64,000 nt of DNA. Origin: Saccostrea cucullata. Taxonomy: Eukaryota. The position numbers and the translations under genes were made by a program. The notes under the pieces are model-generated. The model saw nothing but the letters and a program-made list of their open reading frames with translations. It was not told the origin of the DNA and did not search any database. Where the stretch lies: NCBI RefSeq assembly GCF_032062105.1, contig NW_026928000.1, forward strand, positions 1 to 64,000. The letters run 5' to 3'. Positions 27,767 to 41,259 of the stretch are shown piece by piece; within the stretch, counting starts at the first letter, position 1, and each line of letters starts with the position of its first letter.

Positions 27767-28077
27767 TATGTAATTTGTAATTAAAAATGATATAGATCAA
27801 CACTTTATGTTATGTAATGCTATATATTTTTAAAGATCATCATAACATTAATTAAATTGTGTGGGTTTATTTTTTATATACACAGCACAATTACAACCTC
27901 AGGGGTTACCTTATGAAAAAACTAACAGCTACATTGCAGATTCAATAGCCATATATATGATAAATGGTAACTGTTTTTGAAAAGTTTGCTATGTGTTGTG
28001 CATATAAAAGAAACTGTAATGTTTTCTGAAAATTTAATTAATATCTTGTATCCCAAGTCGAAGTTTTATATGGGAAA

Positions 28078-28270
28078 GAGCACGTTCAAGCCGATTACAA
28101 ACTTGATTGTTCGAATTTCACTGTGTGTCGTGGAGACCGGTCCTTCAGTTGAGACCGTATAAACCAAGGTCTCGTGTCACAGTAGGTGCTGGCACGAAAA
28201 AGATCCCACACTGCTTAATGGCCCTAAGTGCCCCGAGTATAGGTCAAAATTTGCAGCTTTTTTCACTAGC
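28078..28270 (+). mobile_element. Truncated copy of the same SINE
   Basis: GTTCGAAT..CGTGGAGACCGGTCC..GAGACCGTATAAACC..AAAGATCCCACACTGCT..CCCTAAGTGCC matches 21380-21530. More decayed copies lie at ~12690-12960 and ~24320-24480. Confidence 0.7.
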
Positions 28271-30984
28271 AATTCCTTTCAATATTCATTTTTAAAGCTT
28301 CGAATACTATATTTCCTTCATATTGAGGGGGGTAAAGCCTTTCAATGAACATTTTCAATAGTAAAAGTATTGTTGGCAAAAAAAGTGCCCCCCCCCCTGT
28401 TGCTACGTCCCTGCAACATTAAACCATGGCAATCATAAGACTATTTTATTTAAAATTAATAAAAAAAAATTAAGGGAGGTCAAAATGTGACAGATAATTG
28501 TGATATCGAATAAGATATTGATAATATATTGATAACAACGTATCATTCTATTTTTACATACTTCATTTGATAGCCTCTTCCTATGATTCGTTTATCTTGT
28601 TCTAAATGTTTAACACATACATTTATACAAGAATAAGGCGATGATGATTATTCTGATTAAAACAAAACTGGACATAAAGGTTTAAAACAAAGACAAAGCA
28701 TTTTTTAGCCGATCAGAACTCGTCGGAGAGAGAATGCCATCGATAGCATACCCTGAACAAAAGTTGAACAACAGTTCATGATAAATATGGATGTAAAATA
28801 TAATGTTTTTTCATTATTGCCCCCAAAATTATTATTTTTCTAAAAATATATTTAGAATCTTAAAGCGATTTAAAATTAAAGTTTCACAGACTCTTTTCCG
28901 ATGATTAAATTAATGGCAATGTTTGTTGATACATTATGTGTATTTTTGTTTAAATGTTTAACATATACATTTATACAAGTAAAAGGCGATGATAATTATT
29001 AAAAACTGAATTAAATAAGCTGTTTTATTAAAGAACTTAAATACTTATGGAAATTACAAAGCAATTTTTATTAAATTTGAAATCGATGGACAGAGAGAAT
29101 GCATAGTTCGTGTACCGAATGTAGGTCATTATCAAATTTCAATATCGCAAGGGCATAAAGTTGAAATTAGAAATTCAACTATTAATTGTTTTCACTTTGT
29201 ATGAAAAGTATGCTGCTTTGTAAGAACATTTTAATAGTTAAATTTTCAGGTAAATAGACCAAAATTATTTTTAAAAAATATTTTGTGTACTTATAAAATC
29301 TCGATTTAAAGAAAGCAGCAGCACTTTTCAAGTTAACGAAAACATCCTTTATCTATATTCAAAAAATGGTTAAGATCTATTCAATGTATGCCCTTGCGAA
29401 AATACGATTTTACGTGGCATCTCGATGTAAAATATATGTAACCTGTACATAAAAATACGACATAATTAATAAAATACATTCTCTTCATGGGTAATGAATA
29501 ATCGCACTAAATAAAGGATATACATTGGTATTAATCGACTATTAAAAACCTTTGAATAATTTTCCGTTTAATAGTAAAAGGCATTTTTCATTGTTAAAAA
29601 ATTCCTCAATCTGCCTCTCAAAGTACATGGAATACGTCATTTTTACAAAAATGACGTCATGTTTACAAGTTCATCCTGATCAGTGCTTTCTTTATAAGCA
29701 GCTACATGGGAGTTAACTAGCAACTTTTTTTTTTAGTGCATTGATAAGTTTTATTGCTGTTTATTATGCTAATACAGTTAAAAATGGCATATTATTTATT
29801 TCAAAGAACTTAAAATATATTTTTGTGTGACGTCACAGTAAACTTTTCTCGAAAATAGGCCCCGCTATTTCTATATAACACAATTTTATTCTTTTTAAGG
29901 TAATTCACATAAATAAGGAAGTGATGTACCAAGTGCTGTTGAACCATGATATAATTCGTAATTCAAAAAAATCATGGTTTTCCAAGATGATAAGTATTTC
30001 AAACTTGATATCTTGATCAAGTGTCATTCTGGTCATACAACTTGAATTTTATATCATTCTGTAAAAGGGGTATGATATGTTTATACCTTTAATTTCTAAC
30101 ACGACATGAAAATAATGCATCTAATAACAATATATACACAATGTGTAATAGTCAAGTCTATAACTAATAAAGGGGTAATATACAGATATATTCACAGAAA
30201 CATAACAAATAAGTGCAGAGAAAATTATTTTTTTTTCTTTTTCTGTTCAGAAGCAGAAGACATGTATTTTTAAATGTCGATTAAAACACATAGTACGAAT
30301 GCACCTAACAAAGCAAATTATCAGAGTTGTGAAATAAAAAAAAAGTTTATTTAGTTATTCGCATGTAATACAAGTGTTAAATAGCCCTATTACAGAGAGA
30401 GGGCATGACTTGGTAAACTGTTTTCTTATATTCTTTGAAATCTCTTCTTTACAAAGTCATTCCTCTTTGCATTGGAAAAGTCTTGATATGCATGTTCAAT
30501 CAAAAATAGTTTATGATAAAAAGTTTAAATCTTTATGTAATTTCCTCATTCTTCTCTTAATTGTTCATAAGGATACTAGGTATACTAGACAAAGTAATAC
30601 TTCAGAAATAATTAATTGCTGTTATTGTCGAGTGAATATGAGATTTCTTTTTTAAGGATGCATTTGTATATTTACTACAGTGATTTATTTTTTTTTTTTT
30701 ACATTTACCTAACTAAACTATGATGTGATCATGCTGATGACTTGTTTCAATCATTCATTAAACTTGTTCATAATTCCATCGGCTTAGAAATACATTTGCT
30801 CTCGATTTTGAAACAAAGTAAGTGCTCTCTATTAATCTTTATTGATTTTTTTAAATTCATGTACGTGTTACAATATTGAAAATTAATTGTCATTTTATAT
30901 ATGAACAATAGTTTTAGGAAAAGATAACACCATGAACACTGGCATTTTACTATGGATATACATGTATCTCTTAATAGATGCAAG

Positions 30985-31930
30985 AAACTAGAAATACTGT
31001 GAGCACTGAGCTCACTAAATCATACCCCCGCCTCCAATATGGTTATAATGGCAAAGTCCATTGTTGCATTGGGAGACCCAAAATAAGTGTCAAATCAAAA
31101 AAGTAAAATAGAAGATACACAGTGGTATTATGTAAAAAAGAATCTATGAGAGCATCATTTAATTTTATTCAGTGGTATAGGAGGAGTTGCAGATAAGAGA
31201 TGGGTGCCCTTCAATATTATAGAAGAATGGCCGTGTCATTGCCTTGCTCTTGGAAACCAAAAATATGTGTCCTATCAAAATCTAAAAATGAGGTGCATAA
31301 TGGCACTTTGTAACAAAGGTTTTGTGAAAGTCTCATTAAATTTCATTCAGTGATATAAGAGGATTTACGGATAAGATATCCCTAACAACAAAATACTGTA
31401 GTAAACTACATGTATAGTTTACTATAGTTAATTTTACTAAATCAGTGTCAAAGTTATCACTATAGTAAATCAAAGTTTTCAAAGTTTTCACTAAAGTGTC
31501 AACGTGTTCACTATAGTAAATAAAAGTTTTCAAAGTGTTCACTATAGTGTCAAAGTTATCACTATATTAAATCAAAGTTTCAAAGTTATTACCATGCATA
31601 GTAAATCAAAGTTTTCCATAGCAAAACAAAGTTTCTCATAGTAAATCAAAGTTTCTATAGTGATCACCATGGCCATTCAAAGTTTTCATAGTTATCACTA
31701 TAGTAAATCAAAGTGTCAAAGTGTTCACTATAGTAAATCAAAGTTTTCATAGTGTCCAAGTGTTCACTATAGTGAAATATAGTAAACTATAGTTAACTTT
31801 AGTATTTTTTTTGTTAGGGAAGAGGTACCCTGAAGCGTAACAGATGGACAGACGTACAGACAGACGGACGGAAGGACCTCCCGACTATTATATACTCGGT
31901 ACCCTCCAATTTTTCAATCGGGGGTATAAT
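30985..31930 (+). mobile_element. Non-autonomous Helentron (DINE-1/HINE-like) with internal short-period tandem repeats
   Basis: CTATAGTAAATCAAAGT-type repeats at ~31420-31800, a (GACA/GACG) microsatellite near 31845-31870, and a 3' hairpin ending GGGGTATAAT. Confidence 0.7.
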
Positions 31931-32123
31931 AAGCTGTTTAATCGTAATGAGGCAAAAATATGACTGTTTTTGTGTTAAGTGCTGTCTTTTTATCACAATT
32001 TGACTGTGTTTCAAAAACAGTTAAAACGTTCACAAAAGAACATTTAACTCCATTCATAAAATATAATCTTGGCATATCGTCAACATTTTTCGGCTGATAT
32101 CTCGTAAAGTGGGGTGAACAGTA

Positions 32124-32154
32124 GGGTGACGTGAGGTGTATCTAAATTTAGACT
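32124..32154 (+). promoter_or_regulatory. Core promoter of SEFIR gene 3 (CRE-like TGACGT plus shared TATA-like motif)
   Basis: GGGTGACGTG followed by TGTATCTAAATTTAGACT (32137-32154), about 50 nt before ATG 32203. Confidence 0.55.
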
Positions 32155-32202
32155 ATTACCTGTATTTCAAAGAAATGTGTTTGGTCATATCAGCTGCGAA
32201 AC

Positions 32203-33945
32203 ATGGACCCAGGAGATCAAGGTAAGCATGGTTCTTCTGTTAGATGGACAATGAACATGTTTATTTGTTTCTGTTGCTGTTTAATTAATATGAACATGTT
32301 ATATTGATATTGATTTTAAATTCGTTTATATAGCACCCATACTTTTTAGGTCATAGAATAAAGCATGTCAAAATTTATATAAACCTGTCAACAAATATAA
32401 TTATTACTTTGTGCCTTCTTATTTGATGAAAAAAAAAATCAATTGAGTGCGCATTAGTAGTATGTTCATTAAAAAAATTCATTATGTATTTTATGCCCCG
32501 AAATAATTTGCTTTTTAATATAGGTCATGCAAATCTTTCAAATGTTCCCATTCAACTGATGACCCTTTAAAGTCAATTTATAAAAGCCATTCAGGTTTTG
32601 CTTAATTTTGTAAAACTGGTTGATAACTCTATAAAATCTTAGAAGCATTAGCATCAATTTACAGTAAATACACATCTACACTACCTTTCGTATACACTAC
32701 ATTTACCACGTAAATATTGCTTGGCGTAAAACAATATATAATCAATCAATGCACACTACCTTTCGATCTTCAATAAGTCGTCGAAGTCTGTTTCATTGAT
32801 AAACTGTCCCCGTTCTTTGTTATTGCATTTAGAAAATTTGATGTTTTTGCAAATATAGTGGTTTTGAGAATCATATGGATATTTCATACATATACGGTGA
32901 AGGATTTGGTATAAAAATGTTTGTTCATCTTGCCCTGTGTAGACTTACAGATGGTTGTTTTATTCAATAGGAAATAGATGTAGAGCAAGCGAGAACAGGT
33001 GTGACTGTAGAGACTGTAAACCTCACCATTCCCTTGAACCTTACAATACATACACTGGCTCTGAAATTCCCTCTTCTTATTCCCATCTTCATCCTGATTA
33101 TCCTGATCCAACATTGGAACAAGGGTGTTGTACCTGTTATAAGTATAAGACTTCCACTGCAAAAAGCCAACCCCTACTAACTACATCAGACTGCTCAAGG
33201 GAAATCACCAGGTCTCGGACTTGGTCATTTTCTAGTTTTTACAGCAATCCCAGAAGATCGACGATAACCGGTATGTAAATAAATGGTTTCCAAAAACATT
33301 TATTTGTTATCAGGAATATAATTAACGCAGAGAAAAACTTTAAGACGATATTGCAGATTTTTCTTTTTATTTTTCTTAATCTATGCAGCAAATAGAATAA
33401 GGCCTACTTATAGGATATACGTGTTATTTATTGTGTGTTATTCTAATGTTTCAGATGGAAGAAAGCCAATTATTTATTTGACATTTTCTGATAAAAGTAG
33501 GAGACACACACTTGATATTAGGAAATTGTGTGAAGAATTGAAGCATTCTCTTGAGTTTTCTGTGAAATGTGATAATTATACTGCCTTAAGAAAAGTAGGA
33601 GAACTAAATATTTATAGTTGGAGAGACAAAAACTACGAAGAAGCTAAATGGATACTGTTCTGTATTTCTCCGGAATACAGTAACGCATTGAAAGCAGGCG
33701 AGTGCAATAATCCAGTGGCTGAAATAGATGAACAAGAACAAGGCATCATCTACATTCATAACATTGCAAGAGCAGAGTTTCAGCAAAATGGCAGCAAAAA
33801 CTTTCGAATGATACCTTTAATTTTTACAAAGACTAAGGCATCTAAGGAGAATGTTCCGAAATTTCTAAAATCCTCTCCGTATTTTTTGTTTCCAGAAGAT
33901 AAAGAGGATTTGTTTCAGTTATTAAGTCCACAAAGACAGCAATGA
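32203..33945 (+). CDS. Short soluble SEFIR protein, Act1/CIKS paralogue without death domain (~269 aa) - SEFIR gene 3
   Basis: Exons 32203-32221 (MDPGDQ), 32971-33270 and 33455-33945; both introns phase 1; 810 nt. The SEFIR exon is highly similar to gene 2 (WILFCISPEY, EQEQGIIYIHNIARAEF). Confidence 0.85.
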
Positions 33946-34679
33946 CAGTTAGTTAAAGAAATGAAATTTTACATCACTCTGATTCAGAAACAATCGCACA
34001 TTTTTCGTTCACAAAGGAGTTTTTTAACTTGTTCTTTTAAATAAAAATGTCAATTTTATTGGATTTGTTTTTGCTACAAAAGCTCTAAAAATTCTAATAA
34101 TAAATGTTCTAAAATTCTGAATGCTTAAGATATGTGTTATTTATTGATGTTTGCATGTTTCTTTATAAATAGGACTGTGCTATATAAAATAAGAAACATT
34201 TATATATACACAAATCCACAAAATTTTAGTTCTCTATATAGAGAAATGTAAAAAATAAAGTATTTTTGTTTCATATTAAAAAAATAATTTTCCACATTTT
34301 TGGATATTCTAATGTCCTATGAATGAACAAGCGAACACGAACTCTACTTGTGTCTATGGTCAGGTGAAAGCTAAATTACCTTAACATGGATGACCCCACC
34401 TTTTCCATCCTCAATAAACTCCCAATTTATGTTTAAATTTCTCAATATCATATCACCTGCATATTGAATTTAATCATTTTCAAATCGAAAAAGCACAAAG
34501 GCAGATTTTTGAGAAAAAAATTGATATTGAATAGCTTTCTTTAATTTCCATTGAAGTAAGAATTTCACAAGAAACCTTTTAGCACATATATTGTATTTTG
34601 TATGTATGATATGTTTCCTATCAATTCTAATGTTATTGATTAAAACCACTACTGACTACGGATTACTTCATCTACATGA

Positions 34680-35170
34680 CTATAAAAGAGAGATCAGGTG
34701 TGGCCGGTCGACATGAGGTGTTTAATATTCCAATAGTGCACCTGATATTCAACCTCTGGTGTTTCCAAAAGTCCGTGTTTTGGTTTTTTCATGATTTTTA
34801 TTGAATAAAGGATTCATGAAATATACGGAGATAACATACAGTATTCAAGCTCAAAAGTCCATTTTACTATACAAAATAGGATAAGAGCTAGCACAGATCT
34901 CAAAATCATCAGAGGTGGGATCAGGTGCCGTGAAGGAGTGAACATTCCCTGCCGACCGGTCACACTAGCCGTGTGCTCTTGGTCATGATTGGGAAGTAAA
35001 GGGAAAAATTCGTCGACAATTCAGTGTGTAAATAATGGTCTAACAATAAGTATGACAAATGTCACTCAGTATTTGACTTAATGATAAATTGTATTTGCCG
35101 ACAAGGTCATTGTATCGATCACAGAAGTTACGAAATGATAACTTTAAATGAGACTATTGTGATTGACCGC
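34680..35170. mobile_element. Tail-to-tail pair of Penelope-like 3'-end fragments
   Basis: Motif on + at ~34695-34780 and on - at ~34912-34985. The minus copy extends to ~35160 and matches 25325-25565 and 41260-41430. Confidence 0.6.
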
Positions 35171-35433
35171 TTCTTGATATTTTCACTTTTGGTACTAGAC
35201 CTTATTGTTGAAGGTGATATGGCGAATGAGATGTTTTGTGTACTTGCTTCACTAAGGATGATTTAAAAGATATGCTTATTTGTAAGATTGTAAAATATCC
35301 AGCTTGTTTTATTTTAAAACATTCAATGATTTATATTTTTAAGTATTTAGGAGCTGCATAAGGGCATACTGTATTTCCGTTTTTGTTCTAACCTGAAGAA
35401 ACATTTAAAACGCACATTTACTTTTCCAAATTG

Positions 35434-35810
35434 AAAGCAAGATGTGTTTGTGAAACACCGATGCTCCGTATATGGTAGCTTTTATTAAGGGTTGAATGTG
35501 CATACAACGAATGAAAGTCAAACTCCAAGGTTAAGAAAGGTGTGTCACAAGAAATATACATGTGAAATTTGAAAAAAATTGTATTAACTGTTAAAAAGAT
35601 ATGGCCAAGGAAACAGTTTTATGAAGTGGGCCAAACTCTAAGGTCACGTTCAACGGGTCAGAAATATTTATAGTCTTTTAAAGGTCTTCTCACAATGAAT
35701 ATTCATGTGAAGTATTAAAGCAAACAAGCAGGTACTAGTAATCAGGCAAACAGACGTGCGGACAGAACAAAAACGCATACGCCCGAATCCTCGATTACAG
35801 GGACAGAAAA
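35434..35810 (+). mobile_element. Degenerate non-autonomous Helentron (pearl/HINE-like)
   Basis: 5' AAGCAAGATGTGTTTGTGAAACAC, AAGGTC..CACAA..CATGTGAA core repeats, CAGAC/GGAC microsatellite and a 3' hairpin. Confidence 0.5.
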
Positions 35811-36738
35811 ATAGCGAACTTGTTTATAATGATAATAACTGAAGCGGTAAAGTGGCAGTCTACACTAAATCAACGTGATTAAGGCATATATTTTATTTTT
35901 AAAACATCAATTAACAAAAAAGTCGTATTTGTATTGAATTGATTGGCTTTTAAAACTACAAGATTTTTTCATGAAATAAGTAGTAAAAAAAGTAAAGTAC
36001 GGGTTGTTATCTTGGACCAGGACTTACAGGACTTCACTGTTTATTCATTTGCAATTCAGTATAATTAATGGAGATGATTTATTTGCATCTAATTGCAGTT
36101 TAGTAGTTATAGGATAACATTTTTGCATTCCTATTTTGCTACATACGACTTCTTCAGGCAGTATTAAAATTACTTTGGACAAGTTAAGTTTTTCCGCTTT
36201 TCTTTTTAAAAAAATACCACACTGTAAACCAATGAAAATGTAAAAGAATAAGAAAAGAGAGTATATTCTTCCTAAATAAATTTACCTTTATTAAAAAATT
36301 CTTTTTATAGGGTTTAATACTCTGGATATCCTATTATTAGAAATAACCCTTATCGAAATACGTAGCAGAGGTCATTCAGTTTGAGTTTACATCAGATACC
36401 TTGTAAAAAATTGTATGTAAAAACGTGAAATTAATTCTACTCCTAACATTTGGAATACATTTATAGGTTTATTCTTTTAAGAGCTAAAATGTTTCATTCT
36501 CAATGTATCAGTTTGAAACCAACCCGCAACGATTTTGACTACTGATAGAATATTTTCTATGATCTTTAAGTAAAATAAATGATTCGCAGCGATTTATATT
36601 CGCCAGCTGAGATCACCAAATTTGCAGAAATGTCTCACGCGCCAATAGAAGTTGGTTTATAGTATTTCATATGTATGTATGAAATTATTTAAAGGTTAAA
36701 TTTCGTTGTCTTTTGAAACCAATTGATTTATTTATATC

Positions 36739-36840
36739 ATAGGCGTTGGAACCGGGGGGGGGGGGCTTACTTTTTTTTTTGGTTGGTTTAGCCTGCCCAC
36801 TTTCAATTAGCCCGTCCTTCGATTTGCTTCCGACGCCCAA
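36739..36840. mobile_element. Small MITE just upstream of SEFIR gene 4
   Basis: TIRs GGCGTTGGAA / TTCCGACGCC with an internal poly-G. Confidence 0.5.
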
Positions 36841-37002
36841 GTATATTTAAAAAGATAATATAGTGTTAAAACCCGTTTGCGAATCGCTCGGGTGTTAAAG
36901 TTGCCAAGATAAGAGTACGTCACAGGTGACCCAAAATAAACACGGTTTCGGTATGACCACGTGACTACGTTTTAACCTGTTTATAAACAAGGACAGGGTA
37001 TT

Positions 37003-38235
37003 ATGTCTGACATAGGACTTTTCACCAAATCTGACATGGACAGGATGCATTTGGACCAAGTCATGTCTGCAAAAGGACCTTCCAGTAATTTTGGTACGGA
37101 CAATTGCGACATATATAGTCTGATAACTTTCTTTCTTAATTTTTTCAGTTGCATTACGTAAATTCTACATTTTGATTTCAGATCATTCGTGCTCTTGCCA
37201 AGACTGCCAAAATTATCTAAAACAAATAGGAAATTTTGATTATGTGAAAGGTGATGACATACATTGGGGTCAATGTAAAAACAGTTCATTTCATGAAACT
37301 TCAGTTGAAAGTAACATTAAACAAAACTTATGTAAATCAGATTCGAAAGACTGCAAGTCATGCTTGATGCCTAACAAATGGCCATCTCTTCCGAATTCAC
37401 TTTTTGAATCTAAACATGAAGATGGTTTCAAACCAACAGAGGATAGCTCAAGAAGCTTGCCAAAGTCGAAGAATTCTCTTGTCAAAGGAAATGTTTCATT
37501 GAGCACTGGACATTTACCAAACCGGCTTATTGATTTTGAAACTTTGGAAGACAACCCACACAGCTCTCATAGTGCGGTTCAATTAAGCAGTAATATACCC
37601 CTCTGTAAGTACTTATTCAGTACATATTAACAATGATAAAAATATTAACATTCTTTTCGTATTTAATCATCTTTCAATATCAGGTCTTTAGGTATCTACA
37701 ATGATAATTCTTTTATTTCTTTTCAGGCATTTGCAATGACAATCCAATTGTTTACGTAACGTTTGCTCCTGGAAGCAAGAGGCATGAACAAGAAGTTGCT
37801 GATTTGTGTGAGATATGTGATGGAGCCGGGTTTACCGTCAAATGTGACAGTGACAGGACTCTAATGGAGAACGGGGAGCTGAATGTTAATCAATGGCGGG
37901 ATATCAACTTCCAGCGGGCTGCGTGCATTTTGTTCTGCATTTCACCAGCTTATAATGGAATGGTTAAACTGCTGGAGGAAGATAACATAGCCATAGCAGA
38001 AGAAAATGATCGTTTCAAGGGAGCTTTGTACATTTTTAATTTAGCTCGAGCTGAGCTTGTTGACTCTTACTCAATTGATAGGAGATTTTTTTGTGTTTTG
38101 TTCACGAACTCAGCGGGGAAGCTGGAAGTTCCGAGGTGCTTTACACCTTATGCAAAGTTTAAATTTCCTGGAGAGTCCCAAATCCTTGTCAGTGCAATAC
38201 AAAATCGTTATATACGCAATCAAAGGAGATTGTAG
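37003..38235 (+). CDS. Divergent soluble SEFIR protein without death domain (~340 aa, or 329 aa from ATG 37036) - SEFIR gene 4
   Basis: Exons 37003-37093, 37182-37604 and 37727-38235, phase 1/1, 1023 nt. SEFIR motifs: NPIVYVTF..GFTVKCD..ELNVNQWRD..ILFCISPAY..YIFNLARAEL..RRFFCVLF..FKFP. ATG 37036 has the acATGGAC context seen in genes 3 and 5. Confidence 0.8.
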
Positions 38236-39989
38236 TTAAATTTACTTGTGCTTTGTTTCGGATGATAAAAATGTTTCTTATTTTTGTCATAAGAATAAAC
38301 ATATATATGATTGCATATACTGTTAGACACATTCTTTTTGAATGTCATTAGTCTCCTATGGGGGTTTTAAATGTTGCAAATTTCAATTGCATTAAATTTG
38401 GATAAAGAGAGATAATTCTTTTTAACAATGTGCTTTTAAATACGGTATGGCATTTAGCAATACTAAATACGAATTTCCAGGGAATTCCAATTGTTATATT
38501 TAAATGTGCGTCATTGGGTGGGTATCTGTTCAAGTGTACTCTTTCAAAAAGTGGTATGTACAGTGTATACAGAAAAGTCTCTTTAAGTAGGTTTATAAAA
38601 AAATAAAAATTACCTGTTTAGACAGAAAACATTGTTTAAAGAGGTATTTTGTATTCATTTTATGCTTTATAGCTACTTAATTCAGATTTTTAGATTTAAA
38701 ACTTTTGGTATAGTTTGTTTTTATTTCCAGTCATGGTGATTATACATCACTATTTCATAAGCATTGTTCATTTGAAAAATAGCAATGTTAAAAAGTTCAC
38801 AGGGACATGAACTTTGCTGGTCAAATTATCACATCCTTTGAAGTCCGAAGAATTTCTCTGCAGATGTGATCGTGTATGAACTTAATTTGTCGTAAAAGGC
38901 ATTTAGAGTAGCGGGCGTCAAATTAGACACTTTTTCGACACGAATGATTTGTGTTAATAAATTTTCTAAATTAAATGTTTTTTCTCTTAAACATTAAAAC
39001 CTTATCCAAATAAAGGCTTTTGGAGAAAAAATTTAAAGAGACATTAGTCTTTTTAAAGATTTTAGTTGATAGCTAGGTATAAATTTTTAAGGTACTTAGG
39101 TAAAATAAAGAGGGAACTGTTTATGTGATAGGAAAAATGGCAAGGCTCCTCATATACATTTGCTATTAAAAGATTGTATATCAGTAGGTAGTAGTATTCA
39201 AAAATATATTACGTATGCATCGTTAAATATTATCAGTTTTGACTGTTTTATAATGCATTTTTGTGTGCCAAAATAAAAATGTTAAAAATCAATATTTTTC
39301 ATCAATTGCAACTTATGAAATTCATATTTTGTTTTAAGCAATTGTTTGAACTGTAAAAACAATTATGATAGGTAATTACTTTTAAAGTAGATCAGACTTT
39401 TTGTCAATAAAAATGGATTCTAGCGACCTTTTAGAAGTCTACAATTTGTTAGAGGACTTAGTTTCCGAAAATTAGGTTTACAAATGTTGTTAATGCCGAA
39501 ATCTAGCATCCTTTTTATGTCAACTAGAGTATCTGTGCGTAAAATCAGAGTGATTTTAACGAAGTGTGTAATTTTGTCGAAGACTCATCACAACATGTAA
39601 ATTTCTGAGTTCCGCTTTTATTGACGAAGCGGTTGTAAATCAAAAAGTCTTGTTTTTTTTTTTTAGTTATTGTGAGGCATGGTAATAAAAAAAATGTACA
39701 AATTTAAAGTGGATTTATCGGAGTTTTTGAAGAACCACATCTGATTTACATCAATTCTAGAATAAGCTGCAGGACAGAACGTCTGCGCTTCTCCTTAACA
39801 GTAAATATCATTTTGGTAAGAAAAGAAGTATAGAAAGTGTACGATAGAGTTTTTAATGAATCCGGTAATATATCTTTGTTTGTTTGGAATTTCATACGAA
39901 TTTTTTAAGAACACAGAAAAGGTAGGATGGATAAAACTCATTTTGGATTGGTGAAATTTTAAACGTATGAATTACTGAAATGTGATTTT

Positions 39990-40420
39990 GATGCATTTCA
40001 TCTCTGGAAAGTGGATTGAGAGTATGTGTATAGGTCTTCCAGACCTAGAATTAACACCAAATTCTTCCAGAATGCGTTACAAACAAAGACGATATTGTTA
40101 CCAGACTTGTCTTCTGGCACCATTACACATTTTTCATGTAGTCTCTCTAAAAAGATGTTTCAAACAGGACTGTAGTAGAGAGAAGAAAAAAAATGTTTTG
40201 GATTTTCAATATCTAGGTTCTGTAGGATTTGTTTGCAATTGAAAATTTTGGAAGCAACAATACAAGTATCTGCAGGAAATGCGAGGTGTAGACTTCAACA
40301 TGAAATATAAAGGAATGCAAGATATTCCTGTTTGGTTTTTATTTTCGAAAAGAGTAGCTAAGTTCCTTTCTGCAACGCTTTTCATCTGAGGTTTAATTGA
40401 TGCAGTTTTTAAGAGTCTGT
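39990..40420 (-). mobile_element. Penelope-like element relic (N-terminal/RT-proximal fragment)
   Basis: Minus-strand translation gives LERLHEKCVMVPEDKSGNNIVFVC (cf. Penelope VPADKASNN.VFVC) and ASKIFN. A related fragment is at ~46190-46260. Confidence 0.6.
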
Positions 40421-41259
40421 AATACTTAGAACTTTTAATTATAGAAAGCTGATTATAAGCTTATGTACAATAAATATTTTTGATGATTGATTAATATTAT
40501 GGCCAATCTTTTTTATCCTTAAAAAAATGTGAATTAAAAGTAATGAAATTAAAGTTTCTTGAAATACACTCATTATTAAGTTGTGATATATTCCATATAT
40601 CTTTATTTTTATGTTGGTTTAAAAAAGTTATTAAAAAACTTTTTAATCTACTCCTATTTTGTATTTTGGTATGGACATTTGAGCTTGAATACTATTCGTT
40701 AACTCCATATATTTCACCAAAGTTCTTGTAACAATTCTCTCTCAGGCGGTAATGGAATGATACAATGTTGTCAGTAACTGTATTTTCAAAGGCCTGACTC
40801 ATTCTTTGATACACTGAATACCTGACAACAACCGTTACCCGGAGAGCGTTGAATCTTTTGAACCTGTTACTTTTCCATTTACATGTATCTATACAATCTA
40901 TTTCGAAGTTGTGAAGTGGTGTTATGCGCTTGGTACCCTGGTCACAATGGCATGCCAGAAGATTATGCAGGATCTGGGATTTCCGCGGGTATTGAATACA
41001 CATTGAGACATAAATTGACCAGACCGTCTAAAACATGCAGGAAGGTACTATAAAAACAGATTTGAACATATCCAGTAAAATTTGTTGTGAGTGATATGTC
41101 AAGAATAGGTTAAAATATACCTGTCAGGTGTTAATGTAATATGTATAAGTAGTGGTTTTTGATTATTAGATGATCAAACAGTTCTATGCCAATTATTTCT
41201 TTAGTATTCAGCAATACAGTGCTTTATAATACGCAGTAAAAAAAAATTACATGTAAGAA

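Noticed and set aside
40692-41060. 103-aa minus-strand ORF as a real exon
   Set aside because: No recognisable domain or partner exons; it lies between Penelope relics. Unresolved without a database search.
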